The translations under genes and the position numbers were made by a program. DNA of 64,000 bases, taken from assembly GCA_022797295.1 (NCBI GenBank), contig JAAWKH010000008.1, forward strand, positions 1,380 through 65,379, given 5' to 3'. Source of the DNA: Peptococcaceae bacterium (GTDB lineage Bacteria > Bacillota > Dehalobacteriia > UBA4068 > UBA4997). The notes under the pieces are model-generated. The model was not told where the DNA came from, did no database searches, and saw only the letters and a list, made by a program, of their open reading frames with translations. Below are positions 56,563 to 64,000 of the stretch, in pieces. Each line of letters begins with the position of its first letter. The first letter of the stretch is position 1.

Positions 56563-57930
56563 ATGAAGAAAATTAAAATTATTGGCGCAGGCTTGGCCGG
56601 AGCAGAGGCCGCTTGGCAGGCCGCCGCAGCCGGTTGCCAGGTGGAGCTTTGGGAGATGCGCCCGGCCCGGCGTTCGCCTGCCCACAGCACGGATTATTTT
56701 GCGGAGCTGGTTTGCAGCAATTCACTGAGGGCGGCTGGGTTGACCAACGCCGTTGGCTTGCTGAAAGAGGAAATGCGCCGCCAAAACTCGCTGATTATGG
56801 CCTGTGCCGATTTGTGTCGGGTGCCGGCTGGCGGCGCTTTGGCGGTGGACCGGGAAAGGTTTGGCCAAATGGTGACGGAGCGGATTTTGGCTCAGCCAAA
56901 TATTACGCTGCATTACGCTGAGGTGCAAAGCCTGGACGATTTGCTGGACGGAGAAAGTTTGGTTATTGTGGCGGCCGGGCCTCTGCTGGACGGCGCTTTG
57001 GCCGAGGATTTGCGGCAGCGGTTGAGCGTGGACGAAACTGCGGGCGAGTATTTGCATTTTCATGATGCGGTGGCTCCGATTGTGGACGGCGGCACTATTG
57101 ATATGAGCAAGGTTTATTGGGCTTCGCGCTATGGCAAGAACGGTGATTTTCAACCGGAAGATAAGCCCGACCACGCCGGCGATTATCTAAACTGCCCAAT
57201 GGACAAGCAGCAATATTTGCATTTTTACCAGGAGCTGCTGGCCGCAGAGCGCGTGCCTTTGCATAATTTTGAGCAGGAAAAGGATTTTGAGGGCTGTATG
57301 CCGATTGAGAGCATGGCCCGCCGGGGAGAGGATACCATTCGTTTTGGTCCGCTGAAGCCGGTTGGTTTGGGCAATCCTTATGCCGAGGGCCGGGAGCCCT
57401 ATGCGGTGGTGCAGCTGCGGCAGGACAATGCCGCCGCCACAATGTTTAATCTGGTTGGCTTTCAGACACGCCTGACCTGGCCGGAACAAAAGCGGGTTTT
57501 TCGGCTGATACCAGGCTTGGAGCAAGCGGAATTTTTGCGCTTTGGCGTGATGCACCGCAACAGCTTTATTAACTCACCTCAGCTGCTAACGCCGGCCCTG
57601 TGCCTGAAAGCAGACCAACGCATTTACTTTGCCGGCCAGATTACCGGCGTGGAGGGCTACGTGGAAAGCGCGGCCTGCGGGCTGGCGGCCGGGCGCAACG
57701 CGGCCAGGGCAGCCCAGGGCTTGCCGCCGCTTGCCTGGAGCAGACAGACGGCCTTGGGCGGGCTTTTGGGCTGGCTGCAAACGCCGAATGCCAACTTTCA
57801 GCCGATGAACGTAACCTTTGGTTTGATTGAGCCTTTGGGTTACAAGGTGCGCGGCAAACAGAACAAAAACCAGCGGATTGCGGAGCGGGCCTTGGCGGTT
57901 CTTGATGAAATGCTGTCCGCGGAAGAGTAA
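56563..57930 (+). CDS. trmFO: Folate/FAD-dependent tRNA m5U54 methyltransferase TrmFO
   Basis: IGAGLAGAEAA, ELVCSNS, FEGCMPIE, GVMHRN, GQITGVEGY. Confidence 0.96.
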   Translation: MKKIKIIGAGLAGAEAAWQAAAAGCQVELWEMRPARRSPAHSTDYFAELVCSNSLRAAGLTNAVGLLKEEMRRQNSLIMACADLCRVPAGGALAVDRERFGQMVTERILAQPNITLHYAEVQSLDDLLDGESLVIVAAGPLLDGALAEDLRQRLSVDETAGEYLHFHDAVAPIVDGGTIDMSKVYWASRYGKNGDFQPEDKPDHAGDYLNCPMDKQQYLHFYQELLAAERVPLHNFEQEKDFEGCMPIESMARRGEDTIRFGPLKPVGLGNPYAEGREPYAVVQLRQDNAAATMFNLVGFQTRLTWPEQKRVFRLIPGLEQAEFLRFGVMHRNSFINSPQLLTPALCLKADQRIYFAGQITGVEGYVESAACGLAAGRNAARAAQGLPPLAWSRQTALGGLLGWLQTPNANFQPMNVTFGLIEPLGYKVRGKQNKNQRIAERALAVLDEMLSAEE

Positions 57931-58045
57931 GGGAAATTTGGTTGAATTTACATTCTGTTTATAGTATAATAGTATAATAATATATTAGATATAAATAGAT
58001 AGTGTGGTTATAAATATTGAAAACGATTAAAAGGAGGTTTTGTGG

Positions 58046-58582
58046 ATGGTGGAAATTAAAGGCACCACGATATGCGGCGTTAAACGAGACGGCAAAGTGG
58101 CCATTGCCGGCGACGGCCAGGTGACGATGGGCCAAAGCATTGTGATGAAAAACACGGCCCGCAAGGTGCGCCGCCTGTATAAAAACCAGGTGGTGGTTGG
58201 CTTTGCCGGGGCAGTGGCCGACGCTTTTACGCTTTGCGATAAATTTGAGGGTTATCTGGAGGAGTACCACGGCAATTTGCAGCGGGCGGCGGTTTCGCTG
58301 GCCAAGGAATGGCGCACTGATAAAATGCTGCGCAATCTGGAAGCTTTGATGGTGGTGGCTTCCGGGCAGGATATGCTGATTCTTTCCGGCAACGGCGAGG
58401 TGATTGAGCCGGACGACGGCATTGCCGCCATTGGCTCCGGCGGCGCTTATGCGCTGGCTGCGGCCAGGGCCTTGTTGGCTAACACGGAGCTTTCCGCTAA
58501 GGAGATTGCTTACAAGGCTATTGATATTGCGTCGGATATTTGCGTTTTCACTAATAAGAATATTATTACGGAAGAGGCTTAA
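58046..58582 (+). CDS. hslV: ATP-dependent protease peptidase subunit HslV/ClpQ
   Basis: [26 protein letters not shown]; start 58040 or 58046. Confidence 0.96.
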   Translation: MVEIKGTTICGVKRDGKVAIAGDGQVTMGQSIVMKNTARKVRRLYKNQVVVGFAGAVADAFTLCDKFEGYLEEYHGNLQRAAVSLAKEWRTDKMLRNLEALMVVASGQDMLILSGNGEVIEPDDGIAAIGSGGAYALAAARALLANTELSAKEIAYKAIDIASDICVFTNKNIITEEA

Positions 58583-58598
58583 AAAAGGAGGCTATGTG

Positions 58599-59978
58599 AT
58601 GCAGGAATTAACGCCACGACAAATTGTGGCTGAACTGGACAAATATATTATCGGCCAGCTGGACGCCAAAAAAAGTGTGGCTGTGGCTTTGCGCAATCGC
58701 TATCGGCGCAAATGCCTGGGGGAAGCTATTCAGGATGAGATTATGCCCAAAAACATCATTATGATTGGCCCCACCGGCGTGGGCAAAACAGAAATTGCCC
58801 GGCGGCTGGCTCGTCTGGTGAGCGCGCCTTTCATCAAGGTGGAGGCCACCAAGTACACCGAAGTGGGCTATGTTGGCCGCGATGTTGAGGGGATTATCCG
58901 TGATTTGACGGAAACCGCCGTGCGGATGGTTAAGGCGGAGCAGCTGGAGCAGGTGCGCCCCAAGGGCGAGGCCGCGGCTGAGGAGCGGCTGGTTGAGCTG
59001 CTGGCTCCCACCAAGCGGGAGAAGAAGCCGAAAAACCCAATGGAAATGCTGTTTGGCGGCGGTGGCGATGACAAACCCACCGAGGAAGAGCGGCAGTTTA
59101 TGGAGGATAACAAGGCCCGACGCGAACAGGTGCGCCGTATGTTGGCCCTGGGCGAGATGGAGGATCACCTGGTGGAAATTGAGGTGGAGGAGCAGAATAG
59201 CTTTCCGGTTTCCGCTAGTATGGAGGAAATGGGTCTGAATTTTCAGGATATGCTGGGCAGCTTTATGCCGAAAAAGACCTACAAACGTCAGGTGACGGTC
59301 AGCGAGGCTCGCAAAATTTTGGTGCAAGAGGAAAGCGCCAAGCTGGTGGATATGGACGATGTGAAAGCCAAAGCCATTGAGCGGGCGGAGCAAAGCGGCA
59401 TTGTGTTCATTGATGAGATTGACAAAATCACCGGCCGTGGCGGCAACAGCACTGCCGATGTGGCTCGCGACGGCGTGCAGCGGGATATTCTGCCTATTGT
59501 GGAGGGCAGCACAGTGATGACCAAATATGGTCAGGTTAAAACCGACTACATTCTGTTTATTGCTGCCGGCGCTTTTTCGATGAGCAAACCTTCTGATTTG
59601 ATACCGGAATTGCAGGGCCGCTTCCCCATTCGGGTGGAGTTGGAAAGTCTGACCGAGGAGGATTTTAAGCGTATTTTGCAGGAGCCGCAAAACTCTCTGG
59701 TTAAGCAATACGTGGCTTTGTTGCAGGCTGACGGCGTGGATGTTTGCTTCACAGAGGACGGCATTGAGGCGCTGGCCAAAATTTCCTATCAGGTGAACGC
59801 TAGCACGGAGAACATTGGCGCACGCCGTCTGCACACCGTTTTGGAAAAGGTGCTGGAGGAGCTGCTGTTCATTGCACCGGACGCTTCGCTGGACAAGGTG
59901 ATTATTGACCGGCCTTACGTTGAAAACAAGTTATCGGCTTTGGCGGATAATGAGGATATGAGCAGATTTATTCTATAA
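58599..59978 (+). CDS. hslU: ATP-dependent protease ATPase subunit HslU/ClpY
   Basis: [39 protein letters not shown]-terminus. Confidence 0.97.
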   Translation: MQELTPRQIVAELDKYIIGQLDAKKSVAVALRNRYRRKCLGEAIQDEIMPKNIIMIGPTGVGKTEIARRLARLVSAPFIKVEATKYTEVGYVGRDVEGIIRDLTETAVRMVKAEQLEQVRPKGEAAAEERLVELLAPTKREKKPKNPMEMLFGGGGDDKPTEEERQFMEDNKARREQVRRMLALGEMEDHLVEIEVEEQNSFPVSASMEEMGLNFQDMLGSFMPKKTYKRQVTVSEARKILVQEESAKLVDMDDVKAKAIERAEQSGIVFIDEIDKITGRGGNSTADVARDGVQRDILPIVEGSTVMTKYGQVKTDYILFIAAGAFSMSKPSDLIPELQGRFPIRVELESLTEEDFKRILQEPQNSLVKQYVALLQADGVDVCFTEDGIEALAKISYQVNASTENIGARRLHTVLEKVLEELLFIAPDASLDKVIIDRPYVENKLSALADNEDMSRFIL

Positions 59979-59997
59979 TTAAGGAGGACATACAATT

Positions 59998-60708
59998 ATG
60001 AAAAACTTGAAAAAAATAGTCGCTGTATTACTGGCTGTTATGCTGTTGGGCGCGCTGGCTGCCTGTGGCGGCGATACTAAAACAGACCAGCCAACCAGTG
60101 GCGGCGATAGCCAACAGGGTGGCAACCAGATTTTGGAAACCGGCCTGAAGCAGGTGGCAGAGCTGGAAATTGTCGCTGGGGCAGAGGAGCCGGCCACTTT
60201 GGAAATCAGCCAGCTGACTGAGGCGGCGGATAATGCTGTGCTGGCTGATTTTAATACGGACATTCAGGCAAAATTGACCGAATGGCAGCAAAGTTTGATG
60301 GAGGGTGAAACTCTGTTGGTGCGGGCCTGTGTTTTGGATACCGAAAATTATCTGAGCGTTTTGTTGACTAAAGAAGTAACTCCTAATTATGGTAGCGACG
60401 CTGAGGTTTACTATTACGTTTACGACCGCATTGTTGATAACAAAATGGATGTGGAATATGCCAAAGCTTGGATGAGCCTGAGCGAGGACGCTCTTGCCGA
60501 CGCTGTAAATGCTTATATGGAGGAGGGCCAGAAATGGGTTAGCTTCAATGCAGACGCTTTTTACGTTGACACTGACGGAAAGGCTGTGTTCCTGGTTTCC
60601 TGCAAGGTACGCCAGGAGGGCGCTGACGACTGGACTTACGTTTACGTGCTGAAAGACGGCAAGATTGTTGGCAATATTACCCAGTTGATGGGGCAAATTA
60701 AGCAGTAA
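59998..60708 (+). CDS. Putative lipoprotein of unknown function
   Basis: MKNLKK, hydrophobic core and LAAC lipobox; AGGAGG RBS. Confidence 0.85.
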   Translation: MKNLKKIVAVLLAVMLLGALAACGGDTKTDQPTSGGDSQQGGNQILETGLKQVAELEIVAGAEEPATLEISQLTEAADNAVLADFNTDIQAKLTEWQQSLMEGETLLVRACVLDTENYLSVLLTKEVTPNYGSDAEVYYYVYDRIVDNKMDVEYAKAWMSLSEDALADAVNAYMEEGQKWVSFNADAFYVDTDGKAVFLVSCKVRQEGADDWTYVYVLKDGKIVGNITQLMGQIKQ

Positions 60709-60774
60709 TTTCTAAATTGCTGCAAAAAAGATAATAAAAAAGCCGCATTGTTTAGTATTTTGTGAAAAAAAAGC

Positions 60775-60803
60775 TTGCAGTGCGGCTTTGATTATGTTAC
60801 AAT
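60775..60803 (+). promoter_or_regulatory. rpsB promoter
   Basis: TTGCAG, 17 bp, TACAAT with extended -10 TG. Confidence 0.7.
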
Positions 60804-60820
60804 ATAAAACGTATGAAAAA

Positions 60821-60897
60821 ACACACGGCGGCGGATTGGCATTGCCAGTGTTCTTCCTGCTTGGGAGGATGCAGTGCTTTGGAGGCCCCGGAGGTGT
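60821..60897 (+). ncRNA. Probable rpsB (S2) autoregulatory leader RNA
   Basis: ACACAC...GGAGGTGT-bracketed GC-rich structured 5' UTR with inner hairpin TCTTCCT-GCTT-GGGAGGA, between promoter and RBS. Confidence 0.55.
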
Positions 60898-60918
60898 AAA
60901 CAAAAGGAGGAATTTAAA

Positions 60919-61674
60919 ATGGCAGTAATTTCTATGAAACAACTGCTGGAGGCCGGTGTTCATTTCGGCCACCAAACCCGGAGATGGAACCCCAAAATGG
61001 CGCGTTTTATCTTCACTGAACGGAACGGTATCTACATTATTGACTTGCAAAAAACAGTACACAAGGTGGATGAGGCTTATAACTTTATGAAATCTGTGGC
61101 TGCCGAGGGCAAGGATATTTTGTTTGTGGGTACCAAAAAACAGGCTCAGGAGGCTATTAAGGACGAGGCTTTGCGTTGCGGTATGTTCTATGTGAACGAG
61201 CGTTGGCTGGGCGGTATGCTTACCAACTTTAACACTATCCAAACCCGTATTCGTCGCCTGCGTGAGCTGGAAAAAATGGAAGAGGACGGCACCTTTGAGA
61301 AGCTGCCCAAAAAGGAAGTTGCTCAGCTGAACCACGAAAAGGAAAAGCTGGAACGTTTCCTGGGCGGCATTAAAGATATGAAGAAAAAGCCAGGCGCAAT
61401 GTTCATTGTGGATCCTCGCAAGGAGCGTATTGCTGTGGCTGAGGCCAAACGCCTGCATATTCCGATTGTGGCGATTGTGGACACCAACTGCGACCCGGAT
61501 GAGATTGATTATCCCATTCCTGGCAATGACGACGCTATCCGTGCTGTGCGTTTGCTGTGCGGCAAAATGGCTGACGCAGTGATTGAAGGCAACCAGGGCG
61601 TTTCTATGGCGGAGGCTCCGGCGGCTGCGCCTGAGGCCGAAGCTGCTGAGGCTCAGCCTGCGGTTGCGGAATAA
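60919..61674 (+). CDS. rpsB: 30S ribosomal protein S2
   Basis: [38 protein letters not shown]. Confidence 0.99.
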   Translation: MAVISMKQLLEAGVHFGHQTRRWNPKMARFIFTERNGIYIIDLQKTVHKVDEAYNFMKSVAAEGKDILFVGTKKQAQEAIKDEALRCGMFYVNERWLGGMLTNFNTIQTRIRRLRELEKMEEDGTFEKLPKKEVAQLNHEKEKLERFLGGIKDMKKKPGAMFIVDPRKERIAVAEAKRLHIPIVAIVDTNCDPDEIDYPIPGNDDAIRAVRLLCGKMADAVIEGNQGVSMAEAPAAAPEAEAAEAQPAVAE

Positions 61675-61701
61675 AGACTTTACACTATAGGAGGAATAGG
61701 C

Positions 61702-62613
61702 ATGATTAGTGCAGCAATGGTTAAAGAACTGCGCGAAAGAACTGGCGCAGGTATGATGGATTGTAAAAAAGCGCTGACTGAAACCAATGGCGATATGGAA
61801 GCGGCTATTGATTTTCTGCGTGAAAAGGGCCTTTCCCAGGCTGCCAAAAAATCTGGCCGCGTTGCCGCTGAGGGCATTGTGGCTGTGGGCTTTTCGGCAG
61901 ATGGCAAACAGGGCGCTATTATTGAAGTAAACTCGGAAACTGACTTTGTGGCTAAAAATGAGGAGTTTGTTGGTATGGTAAACTCCTTTGTGCAGGTGGT
62001 TTTGGCTAATGATTACGCCACCACTGACGAGCTGCTGGAGGGCAAGCTGGGCGATGGCACCGTGCGCGATGAGCTGACCGCCAAGATTGCCAAAATTGGC
62101 GAGAATATGACCCTGCGCCGCTTTGCTAAATTTGCTGAGCCTGGCACAATCTCTGCTGGTTATGTGCATGGCGATGGCAAGATTGGCGTGCTGGTGGAAT
62201 TTGCCACTGAAGCAGCCGATGTGGACACTGTAAAATCTATGGGCCGTGATGTGGCTATGCAGGTGGCTTCTATGGATCCGCAGTTTGTTGATGAAAGCGA
62301 CGTTGACCCGGCTTATCTGGAACGCGAGAAGAAGATTTTAATTCAGCAGGCTTTGAACGAGGGCAAACCGCAGGAGATTGTGGAAAAAATGGTGGTTGGC
62401 CGCTTAAAGAAGGAGCTGAAGGAAACCTGCTTGCTGGAGCAGAAGTTTGTTAAAAACGGCGACATCAGTGTGGCAGAATATGTTAAGCAGATTGCTAAGG
62501 CTGTGGGTTCTGACGTGACTGTGAAGCGTTTTGTACGCTACAAGGTTGGCGATGGCATTGAAAAGCAGGTTGACGATTTGGCGGCTGAGGTTGCCAAAAT
62601 GACCGCTCAATAA
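61702..62613 (+). CDS. tsf: Elongation factor Ts
   Basis: VKELRERTGAGMMDCKKAL, EVNSETDFVA. Confidence 0.98.
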   Translation: MISAAMVKELRERTGAGMMDCKKALTETNGDMEAAIDFLREKGLSQAAKKSGRVAAEGIVAVGFSADGKQGAIIEVNSETDFVAKNEEFVGMVNSFVQVVLANDYATTDELLEGKLGDGTVRDELTAKIAKIGENMTLRRFAKFAEPGTISAGYVHGDGKIGVLVEFATEAADVDTVKSMGRDVAMQVASMDPQFVDESDVDPAYLEREKKILIQQALNEGKPQEIVEKMVVGRLKKELKETCLLEQKFVKNGDISVAEYVKQIAKAVGSDVTVKRFVRYKVGDGIEKQVDDLAAEVAKMTAQ

Positions 62614-62636
62614 GTTGCAAGCCTTATATTAAAAAG

Positions 62637-62677
62637 CAAAAGCGATATTCCTTAACAATTTGGGGAATATCGCTTTT
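62637..62677 (+). terminator. Intrinsic terminator after tsf
   Basis: AAAGCGATATTCC / GGAATATCGCTTTT. Confidence 0.85.
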
Positions 62678-62706
62678 AATCTTTGCTGTAAAAAGGAGAA
62701 TTTGCC

Positions 62707-63393
62707 TTGCGTTTTTATAATCCATTTGCCGATTTGTCGCGCTTTGAACTGCTGCTGTGGCTGGCCTCTGTGGCGGTGATTGCAGCGGCCTCTTTGCTAG
62801 CGCCGGAAACGGATTATTTTAATATGTTTGTTTCGCTATTGGGTGTAACCTCGTTGATTTTCATTTCCAAGGGTTACGTGTTCGGCCAGGTGTTGACTGT
62901 GTTTTTTGCCCTTTTGTACGGTGTGGTGTCGTATTTTTGCCGCTACTACGGCGAGATGATAACCTTTATGGGAATGAGCGGCCCGGTTGCGGTTTGCTCG
63001 ATTGTTTCCTGGCTGCGGCATCCTTACGCCGGCACCAAAGAGGTGCAGGTGAGCCGCCTGAGCAGCAGGCAGGCCTGGCTGTTGGCTGGGGCGGCTTTGC
63101 TGGTTACGGTTGGTTTTTACTTTATCCTAGGCGCATTGGGCAACGCCAACTTGGCTGTCAGCACGCTTTCCGTTACAGCCAGCTTTGTGGCTTCTAGCTT
63201 AGCCTTTTTGCGCAGTCCTTATTATGCGCTGGCTTATTCTGTTAATGACTTGATTTTGGTGGTGCTTTGGGGGCTGGCCGCCCTGGAAAGCCTGGCTTAT
63301 ATACCAATGCTGGCCTGTTTTGCCGTTTTTTTCTTTAATGATTTGTATGGCTTTTACAACTGGCGGCGAATGCAGAGGCGGCAGCGGGGTTAG
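62707..63393 (+). CDS. PnuC-family vitamin/nicotinamide riboside transporter
   Basis: About 7 TM helices, YYGE, RSPYYALAY..ND, YGFYNW. Confidence 0.75.
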   Translation: MRFYNPFADLSRFELLLWLASVAVIAAASLLAPETDYFNMFVSLLGVTSLIFISKGYVFGQVLTVFFALLYGVVSYFCRYYGEMITFMGMSGPVAVCSIVSWLRHPYAGTKEVQVSRLSSRQAWLLAGAALLVTVGFYFILGALGNANLAVSTLSVTASFVASSLAFLRSPYYALAYSVNDLILVVLWGLAALESLAYIPMLACFAVFFFNDLYGFYNWRRMQRRQRG

Positions 63394-63399
63394 GTGCGG

Positions 63400-63996
63400 C
63401 TACTCCATTCCTAGCCGGCTTCTAATCGCTTTGTCCTGCACCGGATAAATCCGCTCGATTGGTAAATTTTTAGGGTTGAGCTTGCCGTTTTTCCTTTGCT
63501 CGTTCCATTTTTTTACCTGCGGCGTTAAGTCCTCTATTCGACAAATGCCGTTGGCTAAAAAATCCTTTAGAGTTTCGCCTTTCAAGCCAATTTGAATGGC
63601 CGCGCGGTTGATGGCGTTGCCGTTTAAGTTGCGGTCAGGGTCCCATTGACAGTAAACGCTGGCTGCATCAAAGGCTTTCTCCCATTGCCGGCCGGTTTGG
63701 TCGGCGGAATCCGGCGAGGTTAAAACGGCCTTTTGCAGCAGCTCGTTAAACTTATTTTGGTATATATCCAAAGCCAGGATACATTCCTGGTTTTTTTTGT
63801 TGCCCCAGTTGGAGCGATACATCAGCCAAAGGAATGAGGGCTTAATCCAGGTCATTCGGTTCAGGCTGAAGCTGGGGCCGAATGTTTGCAGCGCAACCGC
63901 CTCCTGCGCAATCGTTGGGTTGTAGGCTTGGTAAACACGGATACACTGCCGGTCGTATTGGGCAAAAACTTCTTTGTATTTTTTCAATGCTGTCAC
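63400..63996 (-). CDS. DUF4291 family protein (start uncertain, at window edge)
   Basis: IRVYQAY, RMTWIKPSFLWLMYRSNWG, QWDPDR, RAAIQIG. Confidence 0.85.
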   Translation of the reverse strand: MTALKKYKEVFAQYDRQCIRVYQAYNPTIAQEAVALQTFGPSFSLNRMTWIKPSFLWLMYRSNWGNKKNQECILALDIYQNKFNELLQKAVLTSPDSADQTGRQWEKAFDAASVYCQWDPDRNLNGNAINRAAIQIGLKGETLKDFLANGICRIEDLTPQVKKWNEQRKNGKLNPKNLPIERIYPVQDKAIRSRLGME

Positions 63997-64000
63997 ATCC

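Noticed and set aside
57958-58020. TAGTATAA repeats as a dif site or operator
   Set aside because: Low-complexity AT-rich DNA with no match to the Bacillota dif consensus.
60712-62169. 485 aa antisense ORF over rpsB-tsf
   Set aside because: Shadow of highly conserved genes; no RBS or recognisable motifs.

Overview
Mostly core chromosome of an anaerobic, probably spore-forming Bacillota (Clostridia-like; inferred from gene content and sigma-A promoters). Almost all genes are on the G/T-rich + strand. Housekeeping blocks: ylxM-ffh-rpsP-khpA-rimM-trmD, yceD-rpmF, plsX-acpP-rnc-radical SAM-smc-ftsY, rny, carAB, yifB, dprA-topA-trmFO-hslVU and rpsB-tsf. Highlights: (1) a probable ~4 kb decayed island at the rlmD 3' end carrying a LytTR/GHKL two-component system, a paired LytTR box and two coupled hypothetical proteins; (2) CarB fused to a DapF-like domain lacking one catalytic Cys, behind a duplicated promoter and a LysE exporter; (3) an StnABC-type electron-bifurcating transhydrogenase; (4) a hydrolase/membrane-anchored MurF/Ddl cassette between yifB and dprA; (5) a TrmD-second SPOUT fusion; (6) a dispersed ~60 bp palindromic element just after terminators; (7) a truncated toxin at an apparent rearrangement breakpoint; (8) a probable leaderless yceD-rpmF mRNA. 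No rRNA, tRNA, CRISPR array, integrase or transposase was recognised. All family calls come from reading motifs by eye, not from database searches.
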